DNA of 64,000 nucleotides from an uncultured Gammaproteobacteria bacterium (GTDB lineage Bacteria; Patescibacteriota; Patescibacteriia; Magasanikbacterales; GWA2-37-8): NCBI GenBank assembly GCA_964407865.1, contig CAYOXC010000001.1, positions 109,642 to 173,641 of the forward strand, read 5' to 3'. Shown piece by piece: positions 1 to 9,642 of this stretch (position 1 is its first letter; each line of letters starts with the position of its first letter). The notes under the pieces were generated by a model. It saw only the letters and a program-made list of their open reading frames with translations, ran no database searches and was not told where the DNA came from. The position numbers and the translations under genes were made by a program.

Positions 1-680
1 CTTATAAAATTGATGTCGATGATGAAGTGATTGATTTATTGGCGGAATTATCCGGCGGCGATGCTCGGAGCGCGTTAAACGGATTGGATATCGCGGTTAA
101 GGCAAAAAAAGGTAAAGGAAAAATTAGTCTTAAAAAAGAAGATGTTAAGGAAGCGCTTCAGCGTACCCATTTGATTTTTGATAAAAGGGGAGAAGAATTT
201 TACAATTTGATTTCCGCTTTGCATAAATCCATGCGCGGCTCTGATGCGGACGCCGCACTTTATTGGCTGGCACGAATGCTTGAGGGCGGAGCAGATCCTC
301 TTTATGTTGCCCGACGGGTTCTCAGGTTTGCTAGTGAAGACATCGGCATGGCCAACGGTGAAGCTATGATACAAGCCAATGCCGCCTATGACGCCTGCCA
401 CAAAATCGGTTATCCGGAGTGCACGGTGCATTTGGCTCAGGCGGTTGTTTATTGCGCCAAGTCTAAAAAATCTAACTTGCTTTATACGGCATATAATTCT
501 GCGGCTAACGATGCTAGAGCCACTTCGCATTTAGGTGTACCACTACACCTCAGAAATGCACCGACAAAGTTTATGAAAAATTTAGGCTATGGCAAGGATT
601 ATAAATATAATCCTAGCTACGATGAACCGGTGGAACAGGAATACTTGCCCAAAGAGTTGCGCGGAAAAAAGTATTTGTAA
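1..680 (+). CDS. rarA: Replication-associated recombination protein A (RarA/MgsA), C-terminal part. The reading frame is open from the window edge, so the gene is 5'-truncated here.
   Basis: The translation has the conserved RarA C-terminal motifs HKSMRGSDADAALYWLARMLEGG.DPLYVARR and AVVYCA. There is no in-frame stop between position 3 and the first Met. Confidence 0.8.
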   Translation, partial: YKIDVDDEVIDLLAELSGGDARSALNGLDIAVKAKKGKGKISLKKEDVKEALQRTHLIFDKRGEEFYNLISALHKSMRGSDADAALYWLARMLEGGADPLYVARRVLRFASEDIGMANGEAMIQANAAYDACHKIGYPECTVHLAQAVVYCAKSKKSNLLYTAYNSAANDARATSHLGVPLHLRNAPTKFMKNLGYGKDYKYNPSYDEPVEQEYLPKELRGKKYL

Positions 681-756
681 TGACGCTCGCCCCGCAACGG
701 GCGGGCCTCCGCGGTTGCCCTCGACAAAAATTCGACTCACTCGCTCTGTATTTTAT

Positions 757-1284
757 ATGAAAAAATTATTACTACATGTTTGCTGTGCTCCCTGCAGCAT
801 CGCCATCATAGATGAACTGCGTCAAAAATATTCTTTGACTGTATTTTTTTTCAATCCAAATATTTATCCTGAAGCCGAATATCTGAAGCGCAAGGAAGAA
901 GTGATAAAAGTATGCAAAGAGTGGGATGTTCCGATAGTAGATATGGATTATGAACCGGCTGTTTGGGAGGGTGAAGTGATGGGTTTTGAAGATGAGATTG
1001 AAGGCGGTCTCAGATGTTCAGTTTGTTTTGCTTTGCGTTTGCGCCGTACAGCTGAATTTTCTGCTTTGAACGGTTTTGATGCTTTTGCCACCAGTTTAAC
1101 ATCAGGCAGAAATAAAAAAGCCGAAGTGATAAATCCCATCGGCAAACGCTTGGCAGAAACTTTTAATGTTGATTATTTAGCAGACGACTGGAAAACCGGC
1201 GGTAGGCAGGAAAAAGCGAAAAAAATGGTAGAGGACAGGGGAATATATCGGCAGAATTATTGCGGCTGTAAATATTCTAAATAA
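757..1284 (+). CDS. queH: Epoxyqueuosine reductase QueH (DUF208 family).
   Basis: The N-terminus MKKLLLHVCCAPCS is the QueH hallmark, with conserved Cys further downstream (CSVCF, CGCKY). The ATG at 757 gives a homolog-length N-terminus; the track ORF starting at 589 is extended upstream. Confidence 0.8.
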   Translation: MKKLLLHVCCAPCSIAIIDELRQKYSLTVFFFNPNIYPEAEYLKRKEEVIKVCKEWDVPIVDMDYEPAVWEGEVMGFEDEIEGGLRCSVCFALRLRRTAEFSALNGFDAFATSLTSGRNKKAEVINPIGKRLAETFNVDYLADDWKTGGRQEKAKKMVEDRGIYRQNYCGCKYSK

Positions 1285-1343
1285 TTTTTAAATTTTGTAA
1301 TTTTTAATTTTTAAATAATGCCTAACTATTTAATGTTAAAAAA

Positions 1344-1841
1344 TTAGGAATTAAAAATTGTGAATTTTCTGGATTTTTTTCCACTATGTTCGATGCGTAT
1401 TTCAACGCATTTTTTATTTTTTAAGAGGCCTTCAATTTTTTCCGGCCATTCAATCAGGCAAATAGAATCGGGTGCGCCCAAATAATCTACACCTCCGATG
1501 TCAATAAATTCTTCCTCTTCTTTTAACCGGTAGAGGTCATAATGTATTAAAGAAACCGGCGTTTTGCTGTTTTTTATTTTTATTTTAGATTTATTGTGAA
1601 CCTGCAATAAGTTCATTATGGCAAATGTCGGACTGGTAACATTTCTTTCTATCCCAAATCCTTCCGAAATACCCTTAACCAATGTTGTTTTACCGGCTCC
1701 CAGATCTCCGTATAAACAAATAATATCGCCCGGTCTAAGTCTGGTGGCGATTTTTTTACCCAAGTTAATTGTGTCTTTTTCTGAACGAGTAGTATATTTC
1801 ATATCAGCATAAAGATTAGCATTTAATTGCCTTGCTGGCAA
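1344..1841 (-). CDS. tsaE: tRNA t6A biosynthesis ATPase TsaE (YjeE). An alternative start at the Met at 1802 (MKYTT...) fits homologs better.
   Basis: P-loop LYGDLGAGKTTLVKG, and the protein is TsaE-sized. Confidence 0.8.
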   Translation of the reverse strand: MPARQLNANLYADMKYTTRSEKDTINLGKKIATRLRPGDIICLYGDLGAGKTTLVKGISEGFGIERNVTSPTFAIMNLLQVHNKSKIKIKNSKTPVSLIHYDLYRLKEEEEFIDIGGVDYLGAPDSICLIEWPEKIEGLLKNKKCVEIRIEHSGKKSRKFTIFNS

Positions 1842-1927
1842 TATCAGCTCCTCTCCAACTTGATTGTTTAGCTGTATCGTGTTAGGTTAAGTAAAACGTA
1901 TATTTATTAATTATTAACATTATTTAT

Positions 1928-2749
1928 ATGAATCAAGTCATTGACGCGGACCAGATGGAAAAGTTAAAAAAATTAAAAAAATATCCGGCTATAATTGTCG
2001 TGTTAATTATAGTCATTGCCGTGTTGTTTAATTCAGTCGGCACGGTTGGTGCCGGTGAAAGAGGGGTAGTTTTACAGTTTGGCGCGGTCAAAGATAAAAT
2101 ATTTGACGAAGGTTTATATTTCATTATTCCATTCGTGCAAAAAGTTCAGATAATGGATGTAAAAATTCAGAAGGACGAAGTACCGGCCAGCGCCTCGTCA
2201 AAGGATTTACAGATTGTTACTTCTAAAATCGCTATTAACTATCATCTATCTCCGGATTTTGTGAACAAGGTGTGGCAAGAAGTCGGTAAAAATTACAATG
2301 AGAGGATCATTGCCCCGGCTATTCAGGAAGCGGTTAAAGCGACCACCGCCAAATTCACAGCTGAAGAATTGATTGTGAAAAGGCAGGATGTCAAAGAGCA
2401 GATCAAACAGAATTTATTTGAACGCTTGCAAAAGAATCACATTTATATTGATGAAATAAATATTACTTCTTTTGATTTTTCCAAGGCCTTTAATGACGCT
2501 ATTGAAGCCAAAGTGACGGCCGAGCAGTTAAAATTAAAATCCGAGCGCGATTTAGAAAGAATCAGAATTGAAGCGGAACAAAAAGTGGTTGAGGCTGAAG
2601 GCAAAGCAAAAGCCATCAGAACCGAAGCTCAGGCGCTATCAGCCAACGCCAAAGTGGTGGAACTTAGATGGATTGAAAAGTGGGATGGTAAGACGCCAAC
2701 TTATTGGGGTGGAGCCACGCCGTTTATCGGTATAGATAGCAGTAGATAA
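1928..2749 (+). CDS. SPFH/band-7 (prohibitin/HflC-like) membrane protein.
   Basis: N-terminal transmembrane segment, then a band-7 core (GERGVVLQFGAV...) and a C-terminal coiled-coil (KVTAEQLKLKSERDLERIRIEAEQK). Confidence 0.8.
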   Translation: MNQVIDADQMEKLKKLKKYPAIIVVLIIVIAVLFNSVGTVGAGERGVVLQFGAVKDKIFDEGLYFIIPFVQKVQIMDVKIQKDEVPASASSKDLQIVTSKIAINYHLSPDFVNKVWQEVGKNYNERIIAPAIQEAVKATTAKFTAEELIVKRQDVKEQIKQNLFERLQKNHIYIDEINITSFDFSKAFNDAIEAKVTAEQLKLKSERDLERIRIEAEQKVVEAEGKAKAIRTEAQALSANAKVVELRWIEKWDGKTPTYWGGATPFIGIDSSR

Positions 2750-2760
2750 AATTATACAAA

Positions 2761-2789
2761 CCAGCGCCTAAAGGGCGCTGGTTTTTTTA
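2761..2789 (+). terminator. Rho-independent terminator after the SPFH gene.
   Basis: Hairpin CCAGCGCC-taaa-GGGCGCTGG followed by a T7 run. Confidence 0.6.
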
Positions 2790-2851
2790 TCCACCACCAT
2801 GGTGTGTTTTATTTTTAGGCGTGATATAATATCTGGCAATATATATAAAAT

Positions 2852-3022
2852 ATGAAATCCACTCATTTATATCTGCTTATTTTGACTTATGTTGCGGTGG
2901 CGGTTTTTGCCGTGGTAGCTATCGCTATGTTTATTTACTGGCGACATTTGCTCACGCAGGGCTATGACAAGTTGGATATGCGCGAAGTGTATAGCGCCTA
3001 TGCCGGTGATTATTTAGAATAA
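2852..3022 (+). CDS. Small (56 aa) putative membrane protein, absent from the ORF track.
   Basis: ATG at 2852 to TAA at 3020 (MKSTHLYLLILTYVAVAVFAVVAIAMFIYW...), with one predicted transmembrane helix. It is preceded by an extended -10-like TGATATAAT at ~2822-2830. Confidence 0.3.
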   Translation: MKSTHLYLLILTYVAVAVFAVVAIAMFIYWRHLLTQGYDKLDMREVYSAYAGDYLE

Positions 3023-3023
3023 T

Positions 3024-3533
3024 ATGACAAAAACATATAAAATTTTGTTTATCATTAACGCTGTCATTGTCGCTGTTTGTTTTGTGGTTATCGGCTATAG
3101 CTGGTGGCAGATTAAAAAAATTCAGGTTAATATGGGTTTGGTCGAGCCGAATTTTCCCTACCGGACATATTCCACTTCTGAACTGGAGAAATTATTTAAT
3201 CAAAATCCGGGGGATGATGTTCCGACTGTGCGTTCGCCGGAAGAAACTCATGCTTTGTTTATTGATTACTTAAAAAAGGATGAAATTGATAATGCGGTTG
3301 AATGTTGTGTGGCAAAGAGTAAAAGGGAGGAGATAAAAGAAATGGTTGAGGGTGCAAAAGAAAAAGGGATGTATGATTTGATGCTAAGCGATATTAGTGA
3401 GATTGAACCGGAAATGGTTTTTGATAATAGTGCAACATATATTTATGCTGGAACGTTAGGAAATGAAAAAGTTGGAAATATAATGAATTTTCTCAAAACA
3501 TCTTCAGGCATCTGGCTAATTGAATCATTTTAA
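3024..3533 (+). CDS. Hypothetical protein with an N-terminal membrane anchor.
   Basis: ORF with a hydrophobic N-terminus (ILFIINAVIVAVCFVVIGY). I recognise no domain. Confidence 0.5.
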   Translation: MTKTYKILFIINAVIVAVCFVVIGYSWWQIKKIQVNMGLVEPNFPYRTYSTSELEKLFNQNPGDDVPTVRSPEETHALFIDYLKKDEIDNAVECCVAKSKREEIKEMVEGAKEKGMYDLMLSDISEIEPEMVFDNSATYIYAGTLGNEKVGNIMNFLKTSSGIWLIESF

Positions 3534-3541
3534 AAACCATT

Positions 3542-6500
3542 ATGTTAAGGAGGGGGTTGTTTTTTGTAGTCGTTTTTATCGCGATTATTGTTCCAATAGG
3601 CGCTTTTGCCTATGACAATGATATTGCCCATCCGGGCATCGCGGAACTAGCGGCTAAATTATACAATGAAAAATTTAACCCTGATTTAACCAGCCAGGAA
3701 ATTGAATGGATAAAACAAGGAGCAAGAGAAGAGGATTTTCCCACTCGCTGGCTCAATCATTTTTGGGACCCAATATACAAAACCGGCTTTTCTGATTTAG
3801 CCGGTTTTTCGTTTTCAAAAGCAATTCTTGATTGGTTCAAATTAACTTCTGTTTATTCAGCGCCTGTCTGGATTCAAAACACCTCTGCCCAGCGCGATTA
3901 TTCTTTGGGCGATCGCAGTTGGGAAACCGGTCTTTTGGACTATGCCTATAATAATCGCAAAATGGCTTTTATTGAACTGGGCCATGCAGTTCATTTAATT
4001 TCAGATATGAGCGTGCCGGCTCATACCAGAAATAGCGAGCACATAGGCGATCCTTATGAAGGATATGTCAAGGCCAATTGGCAAAATATCAGGCCTACTA
4101 TCAGCGCGTCATTTATTGGCGTCAATAATTTAAATTCAGTATTTAATTTATCAGCCCTTTATTCAAATAATAATTTTTATAGTGAAAAAACAATTGAAAG
4201 TAAAAAATATTTATTAATTCCCATCGATGAAGTTGAAACGAAATACGAAAATGGTATTCCTTTTTTTTATTACACTAATATAAATGGTTATATTTATTGT
4301 TCGGTTGGAGCAAATTGGAAAGGCAGACAATTAACAACCTCTAAACAAATCATTCTCTCCTCCTACGCTCAACACCTCATCCCTAAAGCCGTAGGCGACA
4401 GCGCGGGATTAATAAAGTATTTTTTAGATGAAGCAGAGAAAAAGAAAGAAGAAGTGGTGCAAAAAACTGTCTTATCTCGTCTGGTGGATAAACTAAACGC
4501 TACATTCAGGATCAGTCAGCGCGGACTTCTTAATCAAGCGCTCGGCTATCTCATAGGCAGTGGGGAAAAGGTAAAAGATTATTATGACGCTGAGTTTGCG
4601 CAAACCCCGATTGAACCAACGCCAATAGCAACAAAGGCCGTCAAAGTGGCAGGAGAAAAAATAACCGCAAATCCACCGCCTGAACAACCAAAACCCGAAC
4701 AAGACAATCAGGCAAACCCGCCGAAGCAAGAACCAAGTGAAGAGATAATAGATAATAATTTTGACAGATTCGCGGATTTATTACCCCCAGAAGAGCCGGA
4801 GGAACAAATCGCCGAACCCTCAACATCAACACCTGTATATTCGCCATATTTTGACGGTGGAGGTTCGTCTGGCCCCACCGAGCCAACCGCACCACAACCA
4901 CCGCAAGAAAAGCCGCATTGGCTCGCGCCAGTTTTAGACCCAATTTTTTCCGAAATTCTTTACACCTCATCATCCGAAGCGCAAATTTTTGGCACCTGCG
5001 CCACCGACACACAATCAATTTATGTTTTTTCTGAAACAGAAATGACTTCTTCAACTGAGATAACAGCAAACACGACAATATTCGACTATTTATGGACGGC
5101 AGATATTTTACTCACTCCAGGCAGAAATATTTTTCAATTCAAGGCAAAAGGTGGTGATGATTTTCAAGTTTCTGTCTTTTCTTCAACAAGCGAAATTACA
5201 AGAGACATTGATCCGCCTTCAGTGCCGACTATAAATTACACTATCAGTACCTCAACCACATCAACCTTGCTCACATTTACTTTATCTGCCGAAGATAATT
5301 ATCCCGGTGAAATATTTTATAGTTTGGAAATGTCCAGCGGTTCTGAATGGGTCGCTATAGCTGAAAATTCCACTAGTGCTCAACACTCAATTACATTTAT
5401 CAAAAGTGGTGATTATATTTTTCGCGCCAAAGCCGCAGATGTAGTTGGTAATCAGTCGGATTATTCTGAAGCCACTGTCACAATTCTGCCGTTAAATTAT
5501 GCATACATTTATTTAAGTGGAACACAGACTGAAATTGAACGAGTTTTAACCCGGGAAGACGGCCCATATTTACTGGATAGTTACAAAGTGCCAAAAGGAA
5601 AAACATTAGTAATAAATCCGGGCGTGGTGATAAAGGGCTTGAATAAATATTCTAGATTAAGCGCTAGCGGCAATTTGACTGTAAACGGAGAAGAAGAAAA
5701 CAGGGTTGTATTTACCGCCTTAGGCGACAAGTCGTTTGATAGCGACCGATTTAATACAGTCGGACTGTCGTCGTCAGAATCGGCGCCAGAAGCGTGGGTT
5801 GGTTTAAGTATTAGCGACGGTTCAAATAGCATCATAAATTACGCTGATATCCGTTTTGCCGGAGGTGGCAATACGATAGATAGTAATTTATTTCCAGCGC
5901 TTGATACTCGGCGAGCAATATTTTTAACCAAAGCATCGCTCGCTATCAATAACTGTCAGTTTTCGAACAATGCCCGTTATTCCATTGCCGCTAGTACAGG
6001 ATTTAATTTAAATGTCGATAATTCTGAGTTCAGCGGCATTGATCGCTATTATTACGCCTCAAACGGAAACGGTTCTAGTGGCGGTATTGTTTTACGTAAT
6101 GGAACCGCTAGTATTAACAATTCTACATTTAGAGGTTTGAGCAAGTTTCCTGTTGAAATTGGTAGTTGTGTAAATTTGACGACAGAAAATTTGAATTTTG
6201 AAGATAATTTATTTAATGAAATTATTTACCAAACCACTGCCTATGGGCGATACCGCGGAAACGGTTTTTATGTTTTAGAAAACCAGCCTTTAAATATTTA
6301 TACGCAAGGAAATTTTCAGCCCGGTAATACAGTGTATATTATGGGATCATTGATTGCGCAGAACGGCAACTACTCAATTATCGGCACAGAAGACGCCAGA
6401 ATAAAGTTAGTAATACTTCCGGAATTTGGCGGCAAAATAAATGTTCTAAACGGCAGTTTAAATATGAATCAAGTGAATATTATTCGTCCGGCGGCAAACT

Positions 6501-6916
6501 TGCTTTCACTCGCCAACAATAGCTTCGGCTCTTTTTTTCATTCACCATCTGTCTGGAACAATGAAATGTCGTATGCGGATTTGTGGCAGGAAAATTATTT
6601 TCTGATTGATTCACTGTGGGGGAATAGGGGAATTATTGATGTTGAAAACGGCAGTCTATCTATTAAAAATTCCACTTTTACCAATTTTCAATTTCCATTT
6701 AAATATTTTGTGGCATCTAAAAGTAACGGCATTGCTGATATTTCAACCAGCCGATTTGTTCTGGAAAATAACGACCCAATCATAGCTGGTTTCATTTCTG
6801 CCTTTGGAGCGCAGGGAACAGGAGTAGAAAACAATGGCATTATCAATGTTTCCAGCTCTGAGTTTATTAATATTCCGGATGGATTAACAACCTCAACAGC
6901 CAGCACTACGCCTTAG
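3542..6916 (+). CDS. Giant (1124 aa) secreted or surface protein. It has an N-terminal zinc-dependent phospholipase C / P1-nuclease-fold-like domain, a proline-rich linker, and a C-terminal parallel beta-helix repeat region.
   Basis: Signal peptide (...PIGAFA|YDNDIAH). PLC-like zinc-ligand motifs HFWDP and GHAVHLISDMSVPAHT. Pro-rich low-complexity region PPPEQPKPEQDNQANPPKQEP...PTEPTAPQPPQEKP. N/S/G-rich ~22-aa repeats towards the C-terminus. Confidence 0.7.
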   Translation: MLRRGLFFVVVFIAIIVPIGAFAYDNDIAHPGIAELAAKLYNEKFNPDLTSQEIEWIKQGAREEDFPTRWLNHFWDPIYKTGFSDLAGFSFSKAILDWFKLTSVYSAPVWIQNTSAQRDYSLGDRSWETGLLDYAYNNRKMAFIELGHAVHLISDMSVPAHTRNSEHIGDPYEGYVKANWQNIRPTISASFIGVNNLNSVFNLSALYSNNNFYSEKTIESKKYLLIPIDEVETKYENGIPFFYYTNINGYIYCSVGANWKGRQLTTSKQIILSSYAQHLIPKAVGDSAGLIKYFLDEAEKKKEEVVQKTVLSRLVDKLNATFRISQRGLLNQALGYLIGSGEKVKDYYDAEFAQTPIEPTPIATKAVKVAGEKITANPPPEQPKPEQDNQANPPKQEPSEEIIDNNFDRFADLLPPEEPEEQIAEPSTSTPVYSPYFDGGGSSGPTEPTAPQPPQEKPHWLAPVLDPIFSEILYTSSSEAQIFGTCATDTQSIYVFSETEMTSSTEITANTTIFDYLWTADILLTPGRNIFQFKAKGGDDFQVSVFSSTSEITRDIDPPSVPTINYTISTSTTSTLLTFTLSAEDNYPGEIFYSLEMSSGSEWVAIAENSTSAQHSITFIKSGDYIFRAKAADVVGNQSDYSEATVTILPLNYAYIYLSGTQTEIERVLTREDGPYLLDSYKVPKGKTLVINPGVVIKGLNKYSRLSASGNLTVNGEEENRVVFTALGDKSFDSDRFNTVGLSSSESAPEAWVGLSISDGSNSIINYADIRFAGGGNTIDSNLFPALDTRRAIFLTKASLAINNCQFSNNARYSIAASTGFNLNVDNSEFSGIDRYYYASNGNGSSGGIVLRNGTASINNSTFRGLSKFPVEIGSCVNLTTENLNFEDNLFNEIIYQTTAYGRYRGNGFYVLENQPLNIYTQGNFQPGNTVYIMGSLIAQNGNYSIIGTEDARIKLVILPEFGGKINVLNGSLNMNQVNIIRPAANLLSLANNSFGSFFHSPSVWNNEMSYADLWQENYFLIDSLWGNRGIIDVENGSLSIKNSTFTNFQFPFKYFVASKSNGIADISTSRFVLENNDPIIAGFISAFGAQGTGVENNGIINVSSSEFINIPDGLTTSTASTTP

Positions 6917-7092
6917 TTGCATTTTGAACAGATTTTCGTTAAAATAACGAAGTTATATTTAACCGGATTTTACCGGCTATTTTAAGCTTAAATTATCATC
7001 CATATATACAACTTTCAGCGTTTTTTATTGATAAAGAACAAAGTTGTTGATATATCTGTGATAAAGTTTAAAAAAATTTCTTTTTATTTTAA

Positions 7093-9198
7093 ATGAGTAG
7101 AGTCGTCAAACGGCGCTTTGCTCTTAAAGTTGTTATATTGGATATGAGGAAGAAATTGGAACTATTAATTAAAATATTAATTTACGCCACATTTTTTGTG
7201 CCGTTAATTGTTATACCGAGTTCATTTATTTTTCCGTTTATCGTTCCAAAGGTGGTAGTTTTCCGCTCAATCATGGAAGTGATGATCGGCGCTTATATTT
7301 TGCTTTTAATAATAAACTGGAAGGAATATAAGCCAACTATGACCCCGCTTACTATGGCGGTTTTGTTATTTTATGTTGTAAGTTTTGGCGTATCTACTTT
7401 TGTAGGCATTGATCCTTATCATAGTTTTTGGGACAATCACGAACGCATGCTCGGATTTTTTACAATAATGCATTATGTTGCTTATTACATCATTGTTTCT
7501 AAAATATTACACACTTGGACTTCATGGAAATGGGCGTTGAGGTTTTTTCTTTTTGCCGGTACAGCCGTGATGTTTATTGCTTTGCTTCAAGTCGGCAGTC
7601 CATATATGCTAATGAATCAGGGATCTGATCGTGTAGCCAGCACCTTAGGCAACCCGATTTATGTCGGCGGTTATGCTATGTTTTTGCTTTTCACCGGCAT
7701 GCTTCTCATTATGAAGGACAAAAATAGAATTTGGAAATATGTTTATGGATTTTTAATGGTATTTTCCTTTTTGGGCGTATTTTACAGCGGTACTCGCGGA
7801 GCCATGCTTGCGCTTGCTGCAGCCGTCAGCGCTGTTATGGTGATATATATTGTCGCGTTGAAAGGTTACAAGAAAACTAGAATTACACTTGCCGCGCTGT
7901 TAGTTCTTGGTGTTGCCGTGTTCGGCATTTTATACGCCAACCGCCAGTCAGAGTCGGTTCAGCGTATTCCGGCTATTGGACGAGCTTTGAATACTTCGCT
8001 AGCAGTTATTATGGAGAGTCCGCGATGGATTGCCTGGGAAATTTCTTACTATAGCTTTTTGGAGCGTCCATTTTTTGGCTGGGGTCCAAATAACTTTTTT
8101 TACGCTTTCAACATGCACTACAATCCCAGGTCTCTTGATTTCAATTATGGTGAAACATGGTTTGACAATGCCCACAATATTGTAATGAATACTATTGCTG
8201 TGCAGGGAGGGGTTGGGATTATTACTTATGTTGGAGTTTTTGTCGTTGGTTTTATCGTTTTGGTTGGCGCTTATCGCAAGCAAAAAATAGACATTCATTT
8301 ATTGACCTTGGGAGGCGGTTTTCTTATCGCGCATTTTGTGGGAAATATTACCGTGTTTGAAAACATTACATCATATTTGTATTTTATGTTTTGGTTGGCC
8401 ATGATCAATCAGATGGTGCAATCTAAGACAGATGAACCGACGACTCAAACTCAAAACACGCAGGATGATAAAAAAATCAGCTGGGGGCCGGTAATTACCG
8501 CGGGTGTTTTAGTATTATTGTGTATTTATATTTTTAATATTCGACCGGCAAAAGCGAATATGCAGACTCTGGATACCATCAAGATGTTTTCCAATGATCC
8601 GGTTATAGGTTATGAAAAAATGAAAATTGCTTTTGCCATGAATTCACCTCATATTGATGACATACGAAGCGATGCCTGTCGTGTTGCTACTCAGGTAGTC
8701 TATAATTACGGACAGCAACTTGATAAAGAGCTGATGAAAGGAATTACAAACACCTGTCGCGATGAGATGTTAAAAAATTCATTACTTCACCCCTTTGAAG
8801 TAAGAACCTATATGACTTTGAGTCAAATATCTCAAGTAAAAGCTTATTTAGACAATGATCCGGCAATGATTTATGAATCAATTCAGTATTCAAAAAAAGC
8901 TTTAGAAGTCTCACCAAAGCGTCAGCAGATTATGTATTCATTGGCAATGATTTACACTCAGACTCAGCTTTATGACGAAGCGATTAAACTGATTGAACAG
9001 GCGATAACTGACAATCCAAAAGTAGGTGAGAGTTATTGGCGTCTAGCTTATATTTATCTTTTAAGCGGTGATAATGCAAAAGCAATGGAAATGTTGAATT
9101 TGGGAGAATCAAACAATGCTTTATTTACGGATAACGATAAGGCAACGATACAGCAGTTATTTGCTGTTCAAACCTCAACTGCTACCACAACAGAGTAG
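7093..9198 (+). CDS. O-antigen ligase/polymerase-like (Wzy_C-type) polytopic membrane protein with a C-terminal TPR-repeat domain. An alternative start at the Met at 7144 is possible.
   Basis: At least 10 hydrophobic segments and a large loop, typical of the O-antigen ligase family. The C-terminal ~250 aa have TPR-like repeats (AMIYTQTQLYDEAIKLIEQAI..., WRLAYIYLLSGDNAKAMEML). Confidence 0.65.
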   Translation: MSRVVKRRFALKVVILDMRKKLELLIKILIYATFFVPLIVIPSSFIFPFIVPKVVVFRSIMEVMIGAYILLLIINWKEYKPTMTPLTMAVLLFYVVSFGVSTFVGIDPYHSFWDNHERMLGFFTIMHYVAYYIIVSKILHTWTSWKWALRFFLFAGTAVMFIALLQVGSPYMLMNQGSDRVASTLGNPIYVGGYAMFLLFTGMLLIMKDKNRIWKYVYGFLMVFSFLGVFYSGTRGAMLALAAAVSAVMVIYIVALKGYKKTRITLAALLVLGVAVFGILYANRQSESVQRIPAIGRALNTSLAVIMESPRWIAWEISYYSFLERPFFGWGPNNFFYAFNMHYNPRSLDFNYGETWFDNAHNIVMNTIAVQGGVGIITYVGVFVVGFIVLVGAYRKQKIDIHLLTLGGGFLIAHFVGNITVFENITSYLYFMFWLAMINQMVQSKTDEPTTQTQNTQDDKKISWGPVITAGVLVLLCIYIFNIRPAKANMQTLDTIKMFSNDPVIGYEKMKIAFAMNSPHIDDIRSDACRVATQVVYNYGQQLDKELMKGITNTCRDEMLKNSLLHPFEVRTYMTLSQISQVKAYLDNDPAMIYESIQYSKKALEVSPKRQQIMYSLAMIYTQTQLYDEAIKLIEQAITDNPKVGESYWRLAYIYLLSGDNAKAMEMLNLGESNNALFTDNDKATIQQLFAVQTSTATTTE

Positions 9199-9308
9199 AT
9201 TAATATGAATACACTGTTTTGTTATATACAAAATCTAGCACTGTATTCAACCGACAGATTAGTTTAATATTTGTTGTGGATAACGATAAATGATACTTTT
9301 TGACACCT

Positions 9309-9346
9309 AATGACACTTTGTGATACGCTATTCACATAGTGTCATT
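9309..9346. promoter_or_regulatory. Imperfect palindrome (15-bp arms, 7-nt loop) directly upstream of the HTH gene. It is a candidate operator.
   Basis: AATGACACTTTGTGA-tacgcta-TTCACATAGTGTCATT with one mismatch, ending 10 nt before the ATG at 9356. Confidence 0.5.
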
Positions 9347-9355
9347 TATTTAAAT

Positions 9356-9601
9356 ATGCCTGAAATAAAGCCAAACGAAGTTTATACAACTGCCGAGGCC
9401 GAAAAATTGCTCAAAGTAAGCAACAGCACAATGAAGCGCTTACTCAAGAAAGGCTTGTTGAGAGCTAATAAAATCGGCAAACAATACAGGATTCTAGGGC
9501 ACGAACTTTTAAAGATGTTGTCACCGGAAATAGATAAAAAGGCTACAAATACATATCAGAAAGTAAAATCAAAGGTTAGAGATAAAGTGTCTGATTGGTA
9601 A
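9356..9601 (+). CDS. Excisionase/MerR-type helix-turn-helix DNA-binding protein.
   Basis: YTTAEAEKLLKVSNSTMKRLLKKGLLRANKIGKQYRI matches the excisionase-family HTH pattern. The ATG at 9356 is the likely true start; the track ORF uses an upstream GTG. Confidence 0.6.
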   Translation: MPEIKPNEVYTTAEAEKLLKVSNSTMKRLLKKGLLRANKIGKQYRILGHELLKMLSPEIDKKATNTYQKVKSKVRDKVSDW

Positions 9602-9642
9602 TTATTGTTTTTTACTTTTTTTAAAAAACCAAATTATATAAT

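Noticed and set aside
75-530. A 151-aa antisense ORF inside rarA. There are many similar antisense or alternative-frame ORFs in the track, including 948-1145, 1618-1812, 4493-4729, 4641-5078, 5581-5835, 6688-6906, 7999-8298, 26232-26597, 50541-50978 and 55133-55318.
   Set aside because: They lie wholly within well-supported genes on the opposite strand or in another frame. They have no recognisable motifs and low-complexity composition typical of spurious ORFs in AT-rich DNA.
6961-6983. A possible terminator after the giant protein gene (CCGGATTTTACCGG plus a T-run).
   Set aside because: The stem is only 4-5 bp and AT-poor, and the T-run is interrupted. It is too weak to call.
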